From the NCBI GenBank assembly GCA_964016885.1, contig OZ024742.1, positions 151,652,001 to 151,716,000 on the forward strand: 64,000 nt of DNA, written 5' to 3'. Below the pieces are notes generated by a model. That model made no database searches and was not told where the DNA came from. It saw only the letters and a list, made by a program, of their open reading frames with translations. The translations under genes were made by a program, and so were the position numbers. How positions within the stretch are numbered: the stretch's first letter is position 1; every line of letters starts with the position of its first letter. Source of the stretch: Eledone cirrhosa (taxonomy: Eukaryota). Shown here piece after piece: positions 13,857 to 27,219 of this stretch.

Positions 13857-16800
13857 CCATAAAAAATCTTTTGCAACAGTAAGCAAAGGAACTTTTACAA
13901 ATATTGATATTTCCAATGCGAAGGAAATGATCAATGAAGGAAAAACATATATTACCGTCGAGGAAAATCACCTCTCCGCCACAAATCAAAGCCGACACTA
14001 TGCGAAGGACTGTGATCTTTCGCACGATTTTGAACCCCCCCCCCCCAAAAAAAAAAACCCCGGCTTTCCTTACTCAAGGCGAAATTGAAATCGTCTTGAA
14101 AGAGGCAATGCCGGAAATACAATACATACAAAGGGCTAAACTATATGGAAGCATTTCGATGCTCTTCAAAAGTGAGGCCCTTGCGAGAAAATACTCAGTG
14201 ACTCCGGTCACTTCTGCCACACACACCTTTTTCCCTACATACATGGGAAAAAGAACACAAAGAATAAACATTACCAATATACCACCCAACATTAACATCT
14301 GGTGGATTCGGGCAGGGTTCTTGGAGGAGGATGAAGACACAATACTGTCGATTCAAAGATCCACAAGAAACACCTGGAACGCAACAAGCTTGGAAATTTT
14401 GGTCCAAATGAAACCGGACAGAATTTCCAAGATACCAGAAAGGGTGCCAGTAGACAATACAAACTATATACAGATTTCGGCAGATGGATGGAGGCCACAT
14501 TGTTTTAAATGCGCAAGCACATCGCATTTAAAGGTCTTCTGTCCCCTCTTTCGAACAAACACCACCACCCCCAAAAAGTTATTTTACCAATCCCAACTCC
14601 AAAACCACCACCACAACAACAACACACAAAACAAGCAAACTCACAAAAACAAACAACTGTTCAACCACAAACAACAGAAAAAACACAAACAATTCCCCTG
14701 AAAAACACAGTTCCACCCCAATCCACTCCATTCAACACTACCACAATCACACACCATCACCACACAACATACCCATCCCACACGCCCCTGATGATGATTC
14801 ATCACCAAACGAGGCTACTTCTCCATCCCCAAGTGAAGATGAAGGAGAGCCTCGCAAATGAAAAAACAACAAAAAAAGAGACACCACAAAGCCACAAAAA
14901 CAACAATCACCAACACAACCACCAACACAAACAACAACACAAACACCACAACAATCACCACCACCCCCTACCAGCAAAACAAACACCAACACCACTCCAA
15001 ACACAAATGCCCACCATAAGAAGAAAACTACAAAATGAACAACAAACCAAAACAACACAACAAAAAAACAAACAACAAAAACCTAATGGAGGTCATCTCC
15101 TAAGACCCCAAAGTAGAAACTGAGGGAAAAACATTTGTAAAAGCAGACTCTCAACCGCACCTAAAACTAATAAGGGTTTCGATTGAAACCTATCAGAAAT
15201 TGAAAGAACAGTTTTCACAGGACGTTGGCAACCCCTGCTAAAAACCCATCAACCGTGTCCTGTTGAAATGTTTCCCCACCCCACTCAACACCCCCAGCAG
15301 AACTGAAATGGAGATTGAACAACCCGATCTCCAGGAAATGAAAAGGTAAGTGCACCTTTTCGTCCTTTTCGCCAACTTTTCTCCACCAACATGGCTAACT
15401 TACGAGTTGGAAGCGTGAATGCACGTGGCCTAGGGATGCCCTGGAAACAGGGCCAACTTTAAAACTACCTTAGGTCACACGGTATAGATGTAATAGCCAT
15501 CACCGAGTCCAGGGTCCACAACAGGCAGCAACTAACCCCCATCTTCAATGACTTTGAGATCTACGCATCTCTCTATCAGCCGGGAGGTGGAGGGGGAGTG
15601 ACTGTCATGTTTCGGAAAAACCTGGATCTCGAAGTACAGCAAGTACACTTGGACCCGGAGGGTAGACTGGCAGTCCTAGACGTGAACAGTATTGGAGGTG
15701 GAGCCTTCAGACTGGTGACCGTTTATGCCCCGACCGGGCAATCGCAATCGCGGCCAGACTTCTTTAAGCGTCCAGAGTCTTTTCTGGGAACGTCTCGCTC
15801 CTTACTTTTAGTGGGGGACTGGAATGGTATCCTAGATGCACGATGGGACTGTGGGAGCCTGTCCCAGTAGAACGGGGTGCAACAGCTTCAAAAATCTAAT
15901 CAGCTAATTCCAACTGGCCGATAGATATCGACTAGATTTTCCGACTGCACCACAGCGGACGTGAACAAACCGTAGCGGGACATCTAGATTGTATCTAGAT
16001 AGGTTTTTCATTAGAGAAAAGGACAAGAAGATGTTAAGCTGTCCACAAATGCACATGGTTGCCTATTCAGATCACAAACTAGTCGTCTGCATAGTCAACC
16101 CGTGATAGAATACATAGACAGGGACCCGGATACTGGAAGCTGAACGTGTCGTTGCCGGCACGAAAAGCCTACAGTGAACGGATAAGTAGATTAGTTAAGC
16201 AAGAGTTGACGGGAGCCATCGTCAACAATAGATGGTGGTACTCTCTCAATTAGAGTAGAATCGATAGGGAATTAACTTTAGAGAGAAACAAAATAGAAAC
16301 AGAACTAGTAGCCAATGTAGAAGAGGCGCTTAAGAGTGGCAACACAGCTAGAGTGCTAGCGTCGAGAACAGCACTGGACCAGTTCTTCGACGCCAAACAC
16401 GAAGGCTGCATGGTCAGAAGTAAATCGCGTGCTCTAGGAAACGAGGGAGCAAAAGCTGTTAGCTGGGCCTGAGTGGCGGAAGCGAAAAGTGGCAACAAGT
16501 CCATGATTCGGTCTTTGAAAGACCAAAACGGACGCGTGCTACTTGACACTTGGCAGATGTGCGCGGCCCTTCAGCGGCACTTTGTGCGACTGTTTGAGCA
16601 GAAGAACGGTGCACCGAACGGGGCAATGGACTTTGGTTCATATCTCGACGTCCTACCACGTCTCTCGAGCATGGACGCCGAGTTCTGCGAAAGACCGATC
16701 ACAGTCACTGAGATATTGGACGCTCTGGGCCGCTGTGGGAAACGCAAATCACCCGGTCTAGATGGTCTACACTATGTGTTTTACATAGGCATGCCGAACT

Positions 16801-17591
16801 TGTTCTCTGGCGTCCTCGAAGCCGTCTACTGCATTTGGCAGCAGAACGGGAGAATTCCCAGTTCTGCAGGCAAGGGCGTAGTAACGTTGATCAGGAAAGA
16901 CGAGAACAAGAGGGACGAAATAAACAATTTCAGGCCCATAACTCTGCTCAACACTGACTCAAAGATTTTGGCCAAGGTGCTAGCAACGAGCCTGGCGCTT
17001 GTCGTCGAAAACCTGCTAGGGAAAGCGCAAACGTGTGCAATACCGATCAGGTCCATACACGACAACCTCCACCTCATGCGATACATCATAGAGGGTAAGG
17101 TGTAAACACGGCTTCGGTGGGGCTCTGATCAATTTACATCAGTCTAAGCCATCCGATAGGGTCGACCATCGATACTTGGAAGCGGTTCTCAAGGCGACCG
17201 TTTTCGGTCCCGTTTTCAGCGGCAGGATCAAGGCGGTGCGCACCAGAATCTGCTCGAGGGTCAAGGTGAACGGCTACCTATCGGAGCCGTTCGCAATCAC
17301 GCGTTCCATTCGACAGGGATGTCCTCTCTTCTCCATTCTGTACGTTTTGACTCTAGAGCCACTACTGCGGAAGGTGGAACCTTTGCAGGGCATCCCTTTA
17401 GAACCGGGACTGTGAAAAGTGGCATCGGCTTATGCCGACGACGTGACGGTAATGGTGTCGAAAACCTCGGAAATCAAGGTAATCGGCAATCTACTACAGG
17501 AATACGAAAGGTTCACAGGAGCAAAACTGAACCCGGACAAGCCTGTCGGTTTGCAACTCGGAACGTGGAGAGGCAAACCGATGCCGTCGAC
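13857..17591 (+). mobile_element. Tx1 copy E, older, divergent and heavily degenerate; truncated at both ends
   Basis: Frameshifted ORF1 (CFKCASTSHLKVFC); ORF2 from ATG 15391 with many stops and frameshifts; breaks off after GTWRGKPMPS. Confidence 0.9.
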
Positions 17592-17645
17592 ATATATACT
17601 TTGAACACTCAAAGTATATATACTTTGAGTGTTCAAAGTATATAT
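17592..17645. repeat. Perfect 54-bp palindrome at the Tx1 copy E breakpoint
   Basis: atatatactttgaacactcaaagtata|tatactttgagtgttcaaagtatatat is its own reverse complement (checked base by base). Confidence 0.95.
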
Positions 17646-18276
17646 AGTGAGATAATTATTGTCTCGGTTAGCTCTATACTGTATATACCATATAAAACAT
17701 TATGATATACTCAGGCTGCTTAGCACGCATCTTAATATAGATCTTAATTTACTACGAAAAAGTGCGCTAATTATAAGCAAATAAGTGCACCCATTTCACA
17801 ATAGTACTAAAGTGATAGGATATATAAGCCTCCCAATTACGTATTTCCTTTTGGTTGTTTAGATTATATATATATATACACCTTCAGATGAGGAACCGTA
17901 TAAGGAACACTAACTTTTGCCTCTTTCTAAATAAATTCTCTCTCCTGCCTATTTTAACAGACCCACACCCCTAATGAACTATGCCACATAGCGGGAGGCG
18001 ACTGATCAATCATAATCTATACTTCTATGCTTATCATCACTCCGATTTCTTCTAATTACCCACTAACACAGTCTATTGGCTACTTTAAGGTTTGCTTACC
18101 ACTACTTCAACTTGTACGCAAGCATATATATATTTGTATATTTGTTAAAATTTACATGTATTTTATCTAATATATTTGACCTTAGATATATCGATGAGGA
18201 ATTTATATCTTTGTACAAGAATAAGACTTCTATATAAGCACGTCCTCTTATCTACGTAATTTCGGTTTTTCTCGAA

Positions 18277-18382
18277 TCTCTGATGATATTCAAAATTTAC
18301 CAACGAAGTGCGAGATAGAGGATTACGTAATAATTCAAGTTTCGTAAGCGATTACCAATCTATATTGAAACACGTATTAGAG
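18277..18382 (+). ncRNA. Degenerate type I hammerhead ribozyme motif with long stem II region (Penelope pLTR-like)
   Basis: tct-CTGATGA (18280-18286) ... GAAA (18367-18370)-cacgt-att-agag; stem I tct/aga pairs; stem III and cleavage triplet look decayed. Confidence 0.5.
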
Positions 18383-18641
18383 GGCTGTATTGCATAAATG
18401 AATGTTTCTTCTAACTTCACCAAATGTTGCCTAGTGTTTCCTGTTTCTATTATATTACTCCATGGAATACTAATTGGAGCCTATGTACAATACTTGGTGA
18501 CGCATCTCGTATCAAGATATTTATGTTACGCAACACCGTCGTCTACGTTTAGCACAACTAACTGGTAAGCTGCTGTTTCTTCCCTTTACACGTGAAATAG
18601 CCTACAAAAAATGTATACATCTGTTTACTTTCTCTCTCGCA

Positions 18642-18699
<58 letters not shown>

Positions 18700-18709
<10 letters not shown>

Positions 18710-18801
18710 TATATATAAATATAGTTCTTTGTCTGTCTGTCTGTTTGTTTGTTTCCTTATGGCTCGACCAAGTCAAATGAAACTTTAGAAGGTAATAGTA
18801 T

Positions 18802-18843
<42 letters not shown>

Positions 18844-19340
18844 TATATATATATATATATTTATATATAAATATAGTTCTTTGTCTGTCTGTCTGTTTGT
18901 TTGTTTCCTTATGCATTCTCAAATGGCTCGACCAAGTCAAATGAAACTTTAGCAGGTAATAGTATTTGACCCCAGGATTAACAACATGTAATTTTTACTT
19001 TCATTTGGATTAAAACAATATAATCTATATATCTAAAACAGAGAATGTCTGTCTGTCTGACTCCCTAAAACTCGAGAACCACCCAACCGATTGTTTTCAA
19101 ACTTTACACATGTAATACTTATGGCCAGGTGAGTGTTTTGAGCAAAAGATATTTCAAATTTTCCATGCCCTAGGGACCGCATTAGGCGATTTAGCGATCT
19201 CTCTCTATAATTCATAGTCTTTCTTTTTAGATAGATACATAGATATAACGTTATATCTGTCTGTATGTCTGGCTGATATAACGTTATATCTGTCTGTATG
19301 TCTGGCTGTCTGCATTATGTCATTATGACGTCGCTATCTG
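18700..19340 (+). mobile_element. Non-autonomous Helitron-like fragments with local tandem duplication
   Basis: TCTATATATCTAAAA followed by (GTCT)n at ~19024 resembles Helitron 5' ends; ~18700-18800 is repeated at ~18860-18965. Confidence 0.4.
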
Positions 19341-19503
19341 TGTGTGTGTGCTTCTACTGGACTAGAACTGTTTCATTATGAAACAGTTCTATTCCTGTAG
19401 AAGCCATTTCTATATTAAATATATGCTACAATATCTTGCTACAATATCTTGCTACAATATCTTGCTACAATATCTTGCTACAATAATTTCTATACTTTTC
19501 ATT

Positions 19504-19558
<55 letters not shown>

Positions 19559-19711
19559 AATGAGTTAGAAACCTTGTTGATATGTAATCTACAGAGTTAT
19601 GTTCATAACAGATACGAAGCACTCGACAACTAAATTTATTTGGAGTTTTATGATAATAATATGAGAATATATAACACTATAGCATCATTATTTATTTTAT
19701 TATGTATATTT

Positions 19712-19900
19712 AGCGGTGGTGGACTGGCAGTATCGGTAGAGAGCCGGACGCCATGTTTTCCACCATAGTTACGTCCCTTTACGGTCTGAGTTCAAATCCC
19801 GCCGAGGTTAACTTTGCCTTTCATCCTTACGGGGTCGATAAAATAAAGTACCAGTAATGCACTGGGTAATTGCTGGCCTTGTGCCTAAAGTAGAAACAAT
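19712..19900 (+). mobile_element. tRNA-headed SINE with target-site duplication
   Basis: A-box-like TGGCAGTATCGG, B-box-like GTTCAAATCC, body gcctttcatccttacggggtcgataaaataaagtacc; flanked by attatgtatattt on both sides. Confidence 0.85.
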
Positions 19901-20059
19901 TATGTATATTTCAGGGATACTAAATTATAGTATACCTTCTTCAGACAAAATACAATATTAGATGTATAAAATGTTATATAACATACTCGGGTAAGAGACC
20001 GTATACGATCAATTCTAAAGGGGATGTACATACCCGTTTAGAATTGGTCGTATATATAT

Positions 20060-20335
20060 ATATCTATCTATCTAAGGGGGGTAAAATTCCCGAGATCCAT
20101 GGACGAGTTCTCTCCAGCGGTCTCTGTCCCTCATTATCGCTGCCATGTCCTGCATCTCCAACAGACCAGTGTCTGTCCTTAGAGCATCAACATACGTTAA
20201 CCTTGGTCTTCGTCTTCTAGTGTGTCCATGTAGGGGATCCCAAAGGAGTACTGAGTGCAATGTCAACTCTGGATGTCGGTGAGCAAGTCCAGCTAATCTC
20301 AGTCTCCTCTGTGTCACTTTTGAGCTGACTTTTGT
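20060..20335 (-). mobile_element. 3' end of RTE/RTE-X clade LINE
   Basis: ORF 20072..20317 RRLRLAG..HR...LLW.P.HG...RPRLTYVD...D...M.DRD.WR, typical RTE-group C-terminus, followed by short (TAGA)n. Confidence 0.75.
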
Positions 20336-20608
20336 TATATATAGGATTAAATTAGATGCGTGTTGGCGTAGATATATAAGAATACATTATCAGTAGACAA
20401 CCATAAATTTTCGTGTCCATTCTTTGTTTTATTTTGATATTGGTACACTTGCATCTCACCAACAGATCGATCATTCGATCTGTTGGGTAAACTGGCATCA
20501 CAAGTGTATTATTCCACGTCACCCATGTTGTTCAAGGTAAAGGCTAAGACCGATACAGCTTGGCACCAGTGGCGTCCCAACCAATTTTTACAGGTGAGTA
20601 GACTTCAC

Positions 20609-20673
<65 letters not shown>

Positions 20674-20737
20674 TATATATACGTATATCTATCTATCTCT
20701 CTATCTCTCCCCCCCTCTCTCTCTCTCACTCTCTCTC

Positions 20738-20777
<40 letters not shown>

Positions 20778-21015
20778 TATATACGTGAATGCAAGTGGCT
20801 GAGTCATTCGAGAATTGGATTCGCAATCGTGAGGACACTTTATTTCACGTTACTCCTTTTGATTGGATTTCCGACCGACAGATAGTATTAGAATTAGAAA
20901 GACCGATGGAAACATTCTTTCCTCTGTCCAAAATGACGAGCTCCACCCCACTCGTTAGGAATATCAGGTCTGGGATCGTGTCGATCGACTGTCGATACAC
21001 ACACACACACACACA

Positions 21016-21106
<91 letters not shown>

Positions 21107-21356
21107 GCTGTGCATGTGAGTGAGCGACGTAGTCATATATTACTCACATAACAAATGCATACGATCAAAAATAAAATGACCAAATTCACAGAGGTGACTT
21201 AAACTAAGTTACTTCTAATTGCTGGAGACCAACCACTCGAGAATTCTAACCATATTGTATAACCTTTTGTCAAAGTAAAGTGAATTATTGCAATTAAATT
21301 GATTCTTACCGCTAATTAGGAACTAAAAATCTAAATACTAATCAGTACATTCATAA

Positions 21357-21438
21357 ATACACTTTCAAATATGCAGTAACAAAGACGCACAAAGACACAC
21401 ACACATTTGCACATACATATACATACGTATATACATAC

Positions 21439-21496
<58 letters not shown>

Positions 21497-21572
21497 GTAT
21501 GTATATATGCGTGTGTGTGCAAATGTGTGTGTGTCTTTGTGCGTCTTTGTTACTGCATATTTGAAAGTGTAT
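21357..21572. repeat. Inverted repeat centred on (TA)n
   Basis: atacactttcaaatatgcagtaacaaagacgcacaaagacacac... is mirrored exactly after the TA run. Confidence 0.9.
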
Positions 21573-22054
21573 ATACACATATATACACATATATATACAC
21601 TTATATATATATATATATATGTGTGTGTGTATGAATGTATATCTGTATGTATATATATATATAGTATATGACACACACAATTATGTTCATGTATTTCTTC
21701 GTAAACACAATACAAACGAAGTTACGTTGATTTGAAGAGGGCGAGAGTCTGTTAAAAGTTATGTAAAACATTATACATAGTATGATTGCGAAACCTGCTC
21801 AAGGGAAATCTCTGATGTCACTGAAATGTTAAACACAGCTTGTTGGCTTTTGGCTTCTGACTTGTGTATTTCTCTTTCAACCTTTATATCATGTTTCTTT
21901 CTTCGCATACACTGACAAATATACCACAAATCTAGCTCTATTATGTATGTATGTTCTTCTGGTTTTATAATTTCACAAATATTTTTTTTTCATGTATGTA
22001 TGTATGTATGTATGTATGTATGTATGTATGTATGTATGTATGTATGTATGTATG

Positions 22055-22640
22055 TCAGGTCGCCAGTTGGTGCTACTGGTAACATGTATCCCAGTCCAAC
22101 CTGTCTCATGGTCGGGTCGTTGGCGACTAAACTGGCAACCCCACCAAGGTTTCCTGATGAGGAGGGTGACTTTGGACATCCTGCATGACTAAAAACAAAA
22201 CCTGTCAAAGGGCAAAGAAGCTCTTAAGAGTCAATGGCCAACCAAAATCACCGGGAGAGATGACCCCTTAGCCTTTGTGGAGGCAGAATTCTAGGAGAAG
22301 GAAAACTCTGATATAACACCTGCAACCCTAATGGTATCCAATGATGTTGACTTGTTCTTCTTTTTGGTAAATATCATCTTGGTTAAGAGAGTGGGACTGG
22401 CTTTGTGCAGTGCTTTTGCTCACTATAAAAGCTACACGGCACAGGCATTGCTTTATATCTGGAGATCTCTCTGCACTTGTCGTTACATGGTACCATGGGC
22501 CCAGCAAGTGTAGTGTTTGTACCAGAATTTTCAAGTCGCTGGCTGGACTAAAACGTCACACTCGTTCAGCGCATCGGTAGGGGTTCTCTTACATGGATAT
22601 AAAGTAGTGGCCGTACTCGAAAATGAGTTGGCAGCCACCA
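22055..22640 (+). mobile_element. Non-autonomous RTE-derived bipartite element, longest copy
   Basis: RTE 5'UTR-like ctaggagaaggaaaactctg motif joined to a 3' part with a C2H2-like remnant and terminal hairpin actcg-aaaa-(c/t)gagt; (ATGT)n on both sides. Confidence 0.7.
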
Positions 22641-22685
22641 TGTGTGTATGTATGTATGTATGTATGTATGTATGTATGTATTTAT

Positions 22686-22903
22686 GTCAGGTCACCAGTT
22701 GGTGCTACTCTCTGCACTTGTCGTCACATGGTACCATGGGCCCAGCACTATGTGTCAATAATTGTCACAGGTGTAGTGTTTGTACCAGAGTTTTCAAGTC
22801 GCTGGCTGGACTAAAAAGTCACACTCGTTCAGCGCATCGGCAGGAGTTCTCCTACATGGATATAAAGTAGTGGCTGTACTCGAAAACGAGTTGGCAGCCA
22901 CCA
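22686..22903 (+). mobile_element. Internally deleted copy of the same RTE-derived element
   Basis: First ~25 nt (gtcaggtcaccagttggtgctact) fused directly to the 3' part ([20 protein letters not shown]); ATGT tail. Confidence 0.75.
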
Positions 22904-22948
22904 TGTATTTATGTATGTATGTACGTATGGTATATATATGTATGTATA

Positions 22949-23090
22949 GGGGGCGAATTAGCAGAGTCATTAGAACATCGGATAGAATGTTTTGTGGTAT
23001 TTGTTCCGGCTTTTTGTTCTCTGAGTTCAAATCCTGTTGAGGTCAACTTTGCCTTTCATCCTTTTGAGGTCGATAAAAATAGTACAAGTT
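22949..23090 (+). mobile_element. tRNA-headed SINE, diverged
   Basis: ctgagttcaaatcc...aactttgcctttcatcc...gtcgataaaa. Confidence 0.7.
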
Positions 23091-23287
23091 TAGTAGTGGG
23101 GTCTTCCTCTCTCTTGAATAAATCTACTGTACTCAGGCCTGGGGATGGACTCCGCCATTTTTAAAATACCCAAGAAACGCTGTATATCAATACGGCCCCA
23201 TCTACGACTAAATCAGGAGCTACGGGACCATACCACCGCACCACCATGTATGTATGTATGTATGTATGTATGTATGTATGTATGTAT

Positions 23288-23740
23288 GGGCAAAGGAGCT
23301 CTTAAGAGTCAATGGCCATCCAAAATCACCGGGAGAGATGACCCCTTAGCCTTTGTCAAGGCAGAATTCTAGGAGAAGGAAAACTCTGATATAACACCTG
23401 CAACTCTGATGGTATCCAATGATGTTGACTTGTTCTTCTTTTTGGTAAATATCATCTTGGTTAAGAGAGTGGGACTGGCTTTGTGCAGTGCCTTTGCTCA
23501 CTATAAAAGCTTCATGGCACAGGCATTGCTTTATATCTGGAGATCTCTCTGCACTTGTCGTCACATGGTACCATGGGCCCAGTAGTATGTGTCAATAATT
23601 GTCACAAGTGTAGTGTTTGTACCAGAGTTTTCAAGTCGCTGGCTGGACTAAAAAGTCACACTCGTTCAGCGCATCGGTAGGGGTTCTCCTACATGGATAT
23701 AAAGTAGTGGCCGTACTCGAAAACGAGTTGGCAGCCGCCA
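23288..23740 (+). mobile_element. 5'-truncated copy of the RTE-derived element
   Basis: Matches ~22210-22640; lies between (ATGT)n tracts. Confidence 0.8.
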
Positions 23741-23799
23741 TGTATGTATACACTTAGGTACGTGCGTACTTATGTATAGATGTATGGTTTTATTTTATA

Positions 23800-23980
23800 C
23801 GGCGGTGGATTGGCAGTATCGGTAGAGCGTTTTGCGGCATAGGGTTATGCTCCTTTACGTTCTGAGATCAAATTCCACCGGGGTTAGCTTTGCCTTTCAT
23901 CCTTACGGGGTCGATAAAATAAAGTACCAGTAATGTACTGGTAATTGCTGGCCTTGAGTCAAATGTAGAAATAATTATTT
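23800..23980 (+). mobile_element. tRNA-headed SINE
   Basis: Same family as 19712-19900. Confidence 0.85.
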
Positions 23981-24087
23981 AATAAATTTTCACCAATGGA
24001 GAAAGTGTCGGTTTCTAACAGAGAAACAAGCATTATTCATTAGAATTTAGACAACATTAACTATATAAATACGTGCGCGCGCGCGTA

Positions 24088-24118
<31 letters not shown>

Positions 24119-24284
24119 TGTGTGTGTGTGTGTGTATGTGCAGGTATGGGTGTTATTGCATGTATGGATCTGTATGTTTTGGCTTATGTGTGTACACGAG
24201 AATATGTTTCTGTATCTATACATGTGTATATGCAATTATTACATGCTGAATTTCTGAAATGATTTATATATTTTTACAGTTCCA

Positions 24285-27110
24285 TTATACTTGAACTATA
24301 CTTGAAACTTCCTAACTAGCCGTGCCCTTTCTGGTTTTGTAAAGCCGTTTCTCAAGATTTGTAATGAGGCAGTTACTAACGTATCCCAATGCCCCAATAA
24401 TCACAGGTATAAATCTGAAGGTATAGTAAAGGTGGAGTATCTGAATATTTCTCATTAGTTCTGTATAGATATTCTCCTTTTTGCTAATCTTTAATATTAT
24501 ATTGGCATCTGCTGGGCAGCTAACTTCAACTACTGTGCATGCCTTCTTTTCCCTATATTATATCTGGTCTGTTATGCCTGCATTTTATTGGGGTTTCGAC
24601 TGGAACGCTCCACCAGTACTCTTTCATAAGCCTCCCTTCTCACGTTTCAAGTCGAGGCTGTCTATGTCACTGTTAATGTGGAAGTTTCCGGTGTTTAAAA
24701 TTTTTCTAGTTTTTATATCAATTGCTTGGATTTAGTCTATCGTCTACTCGAGTATTCCAAAAGTTTGTGTTTGGACAGGTACAGCAAACACATTGTGAGG
24801 CACTGTTGTACTCTACGCAGAGAGTTCTGTTGGCCATATTTTTCTTAATCGGGTGTAATATTCCCTGGTTATGCGTTCCTTATTACAAATACCATTGTAG
24901 GATATATTCTCAAATATCCGCAGTTATCTGCAGCAGTCCTCGTCAGATATCGGTTAGGCCATTGATACACATTTTACTAGATTGAGTTGTAGTTTTTCCT
25001 CGCTTTATAATCATATATGAATATTTATTTTGGCAAAACTCCATTCCTATATCCTTTGAGAACGTTGTAACCAGGTCAAGATTTTTCCTCAACCCATTTA
25101 TGTTCTTGGTATAGAGTTTCAGGTCATGCACAAAGAAATTATGGGTTAAACTCGTAAATCTGTCCTCCTTCTCTGTTTTTAACTTTAGAATTGTAGACCA
25201 TGAAAAAGACAGCTTCTCTATGGCTCTGATAATAATGTCTAGGACATTAGCAAGTCGGAGAGTCTCTATTATCTAAGAGTGGGGTACAGAATCAAATGCT
25301 TTCCTGTAGTCCAGTCAGACTCTAGCCATATTCCTCCTAAGTTGTCGCATCTCTGACATCGCAGTTTTGTTAATTAGTAGTTGTTCAGCACACCCCGAAA
25401 TATCTTTCTTTCCAGCTGCTTGTTCATCTGTGATGATTTCATTACTGTTGCAGTGATATTGGAGAAATAGGTTCAGGCAGACTGTATACATCATATACAT
25501 CAGATTCTGGCATGCAATGGGTCGGTAGTTTTTGCCAATTTGGTGTCTTTGTTGTTTGGGACCAGTATTGTTTGTGCTAATGTCAACCGTTCTGGTTTAT
25601 GTATATTTCCCCTGAGAACTTGCTGGTAGAGGTCGATAAATACATTTGCTAGAATATCAATTTTTTGTACCAGTAGCTTACAATTATGTCTCTTCCTGGT
25701 GCTTTCTTATCTTGGAGTTTTCATATCACAGTCTCCATGGTATCCTCATTTATTTCGTATGTTTTTGTTGTAGTGTAGGAGCAATAGCTCCATTGCATTT
25801 ATTTTAGCTACACTGCATCCTGGTTGAAATTCTTCTTTTCTCCCCATATTTTTCTCCAGAAGGAATCTATGTCTTTCTGAGGTGGGGCCTAAGTGACATT
25901 TATTACTCTGCCCTTCATATCTCTACAGACTGGATGTTTGGTTTCGTCTGAATCATTTATTAATTACTTTTCTTTCATCTACCCTCTTCAGGTATCGACG
26001 TATCTCGCTGACAGCTCTCAATTTTTGTTTGAAGGTGATCAGCTTATATTGAAGAGTTCTGGTTCTACTGTTACCAAACATTGTTTCTATTTTATGTTTC
26101 ACATCGTTTCTATTTTATTTGTTGGTGAGGAGTGAAGTTTTTTTATTTTTGTTTGCAAGTAAGGAACATTGTCACATGTCCTATAGTTTTTCGTAGGTCA
26201 GCAATGGTTTTTTTTTTGCAGTTGTATATGTTGGTATGTTTGGTGGTGTTTTGTTCTTGTTCATATCTCTGCTATCATCAATATAATGCTTCACTGTCGT
26301 TTCTAGGGAATATAAACAGGCGTTGATATGGAAAAATGTGGTGGTTTAATTCGTCGTAAATGTTCATCCCCTATTTGGTCAATACCACGTAAGATTTCAT
26401 TATTTGGTTTTATTTTGTTTAGTATTGTTGTTTTATACGTTCAGCAAGAGAAATGTTTATACATGAATTAATTTCTCTCTGGAAGAATTCGTTGAGGGGA
26501 AATTTCAATTGTTTATACTTTCGATTATTATTATCGATAGTGTTTTCAATAGCAGTCGAGGCAGACTCAGATGATACACGTGGTGTCAAATTTCTTACCG
26601 ATATAGTTGTTTCAAGGGACTGTTCGACCTGGCTGCTAGAAAGTCTAGTAACATGGCGATCTGTAGCACGTGTTTTGGGGGAAATTCACAATTAATAATA
26701 TTTATATTATTTTTACGTTCAACAAATGTCGCTTATTGGCGTAATTGTTTGGCTGTGAAGTGATTTAGCTTTGGATGTATTTCGTCCCAGTTTAGCTTCA
26801 TTTTCTTCATATAGCCAATGGAAGGATTTTTCTTTACCATTTTATAACAATTAAATAAATCAACATTAAGTTTGTAGCTCCAAGAGAAATGCAATTTATA
26901 ATTTCGCTTTCTTCTGTAGCTACAGCTAAATAAATTTTGTTTACCTTTCTCGTTGCTTTTCTTCGGTAAATTATTTTCGTTGCTTGTGTTCGGCAAGATA
27001 TTGTTCAGTGGATATAGTTAGAAAAATATCCAGTTATTCAACACGACTGGTAGCTGTGGCATTACTGTCGGAAATAGTGTTCATCTTAAATTTAATGAAT
27101 AGTTTCCCAC
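24285..27110 (-). mobile_element. Decayed R4/Dong-like non-LTR retrotransposon (RT + restriction-like endonuclease)
   Basis: Minus-strand fragments GYMKKMK..WD..HP, YRPIAC, CAEQLLINK, KAFDSVPH, FVHDLKLY, VEVSCPAD, FIPVIIGALG; many stops and deletions. Confidence 0.75.
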
Positions 27111-27219
27111 GCCAAAACGTTCGACTGATTACGTTGATCATATGTATGCATGCATGTATGTATGTATGTATTATGTATGTATGTATGAATGTATGTATGT
27201 ATGCATGCATTTATGTGCG

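Noticed and set aside
19712-19810. tRNA genes at SINE heads
   Set aside because: A/B boxes only, no full cloverleaf; attached to a repeated SINE body with TSDs.
22158-22200. CTGATGA in the RTE-derived element as a hammerhead
   Set aside because: No correctly placed GAAA after a closing stem II.
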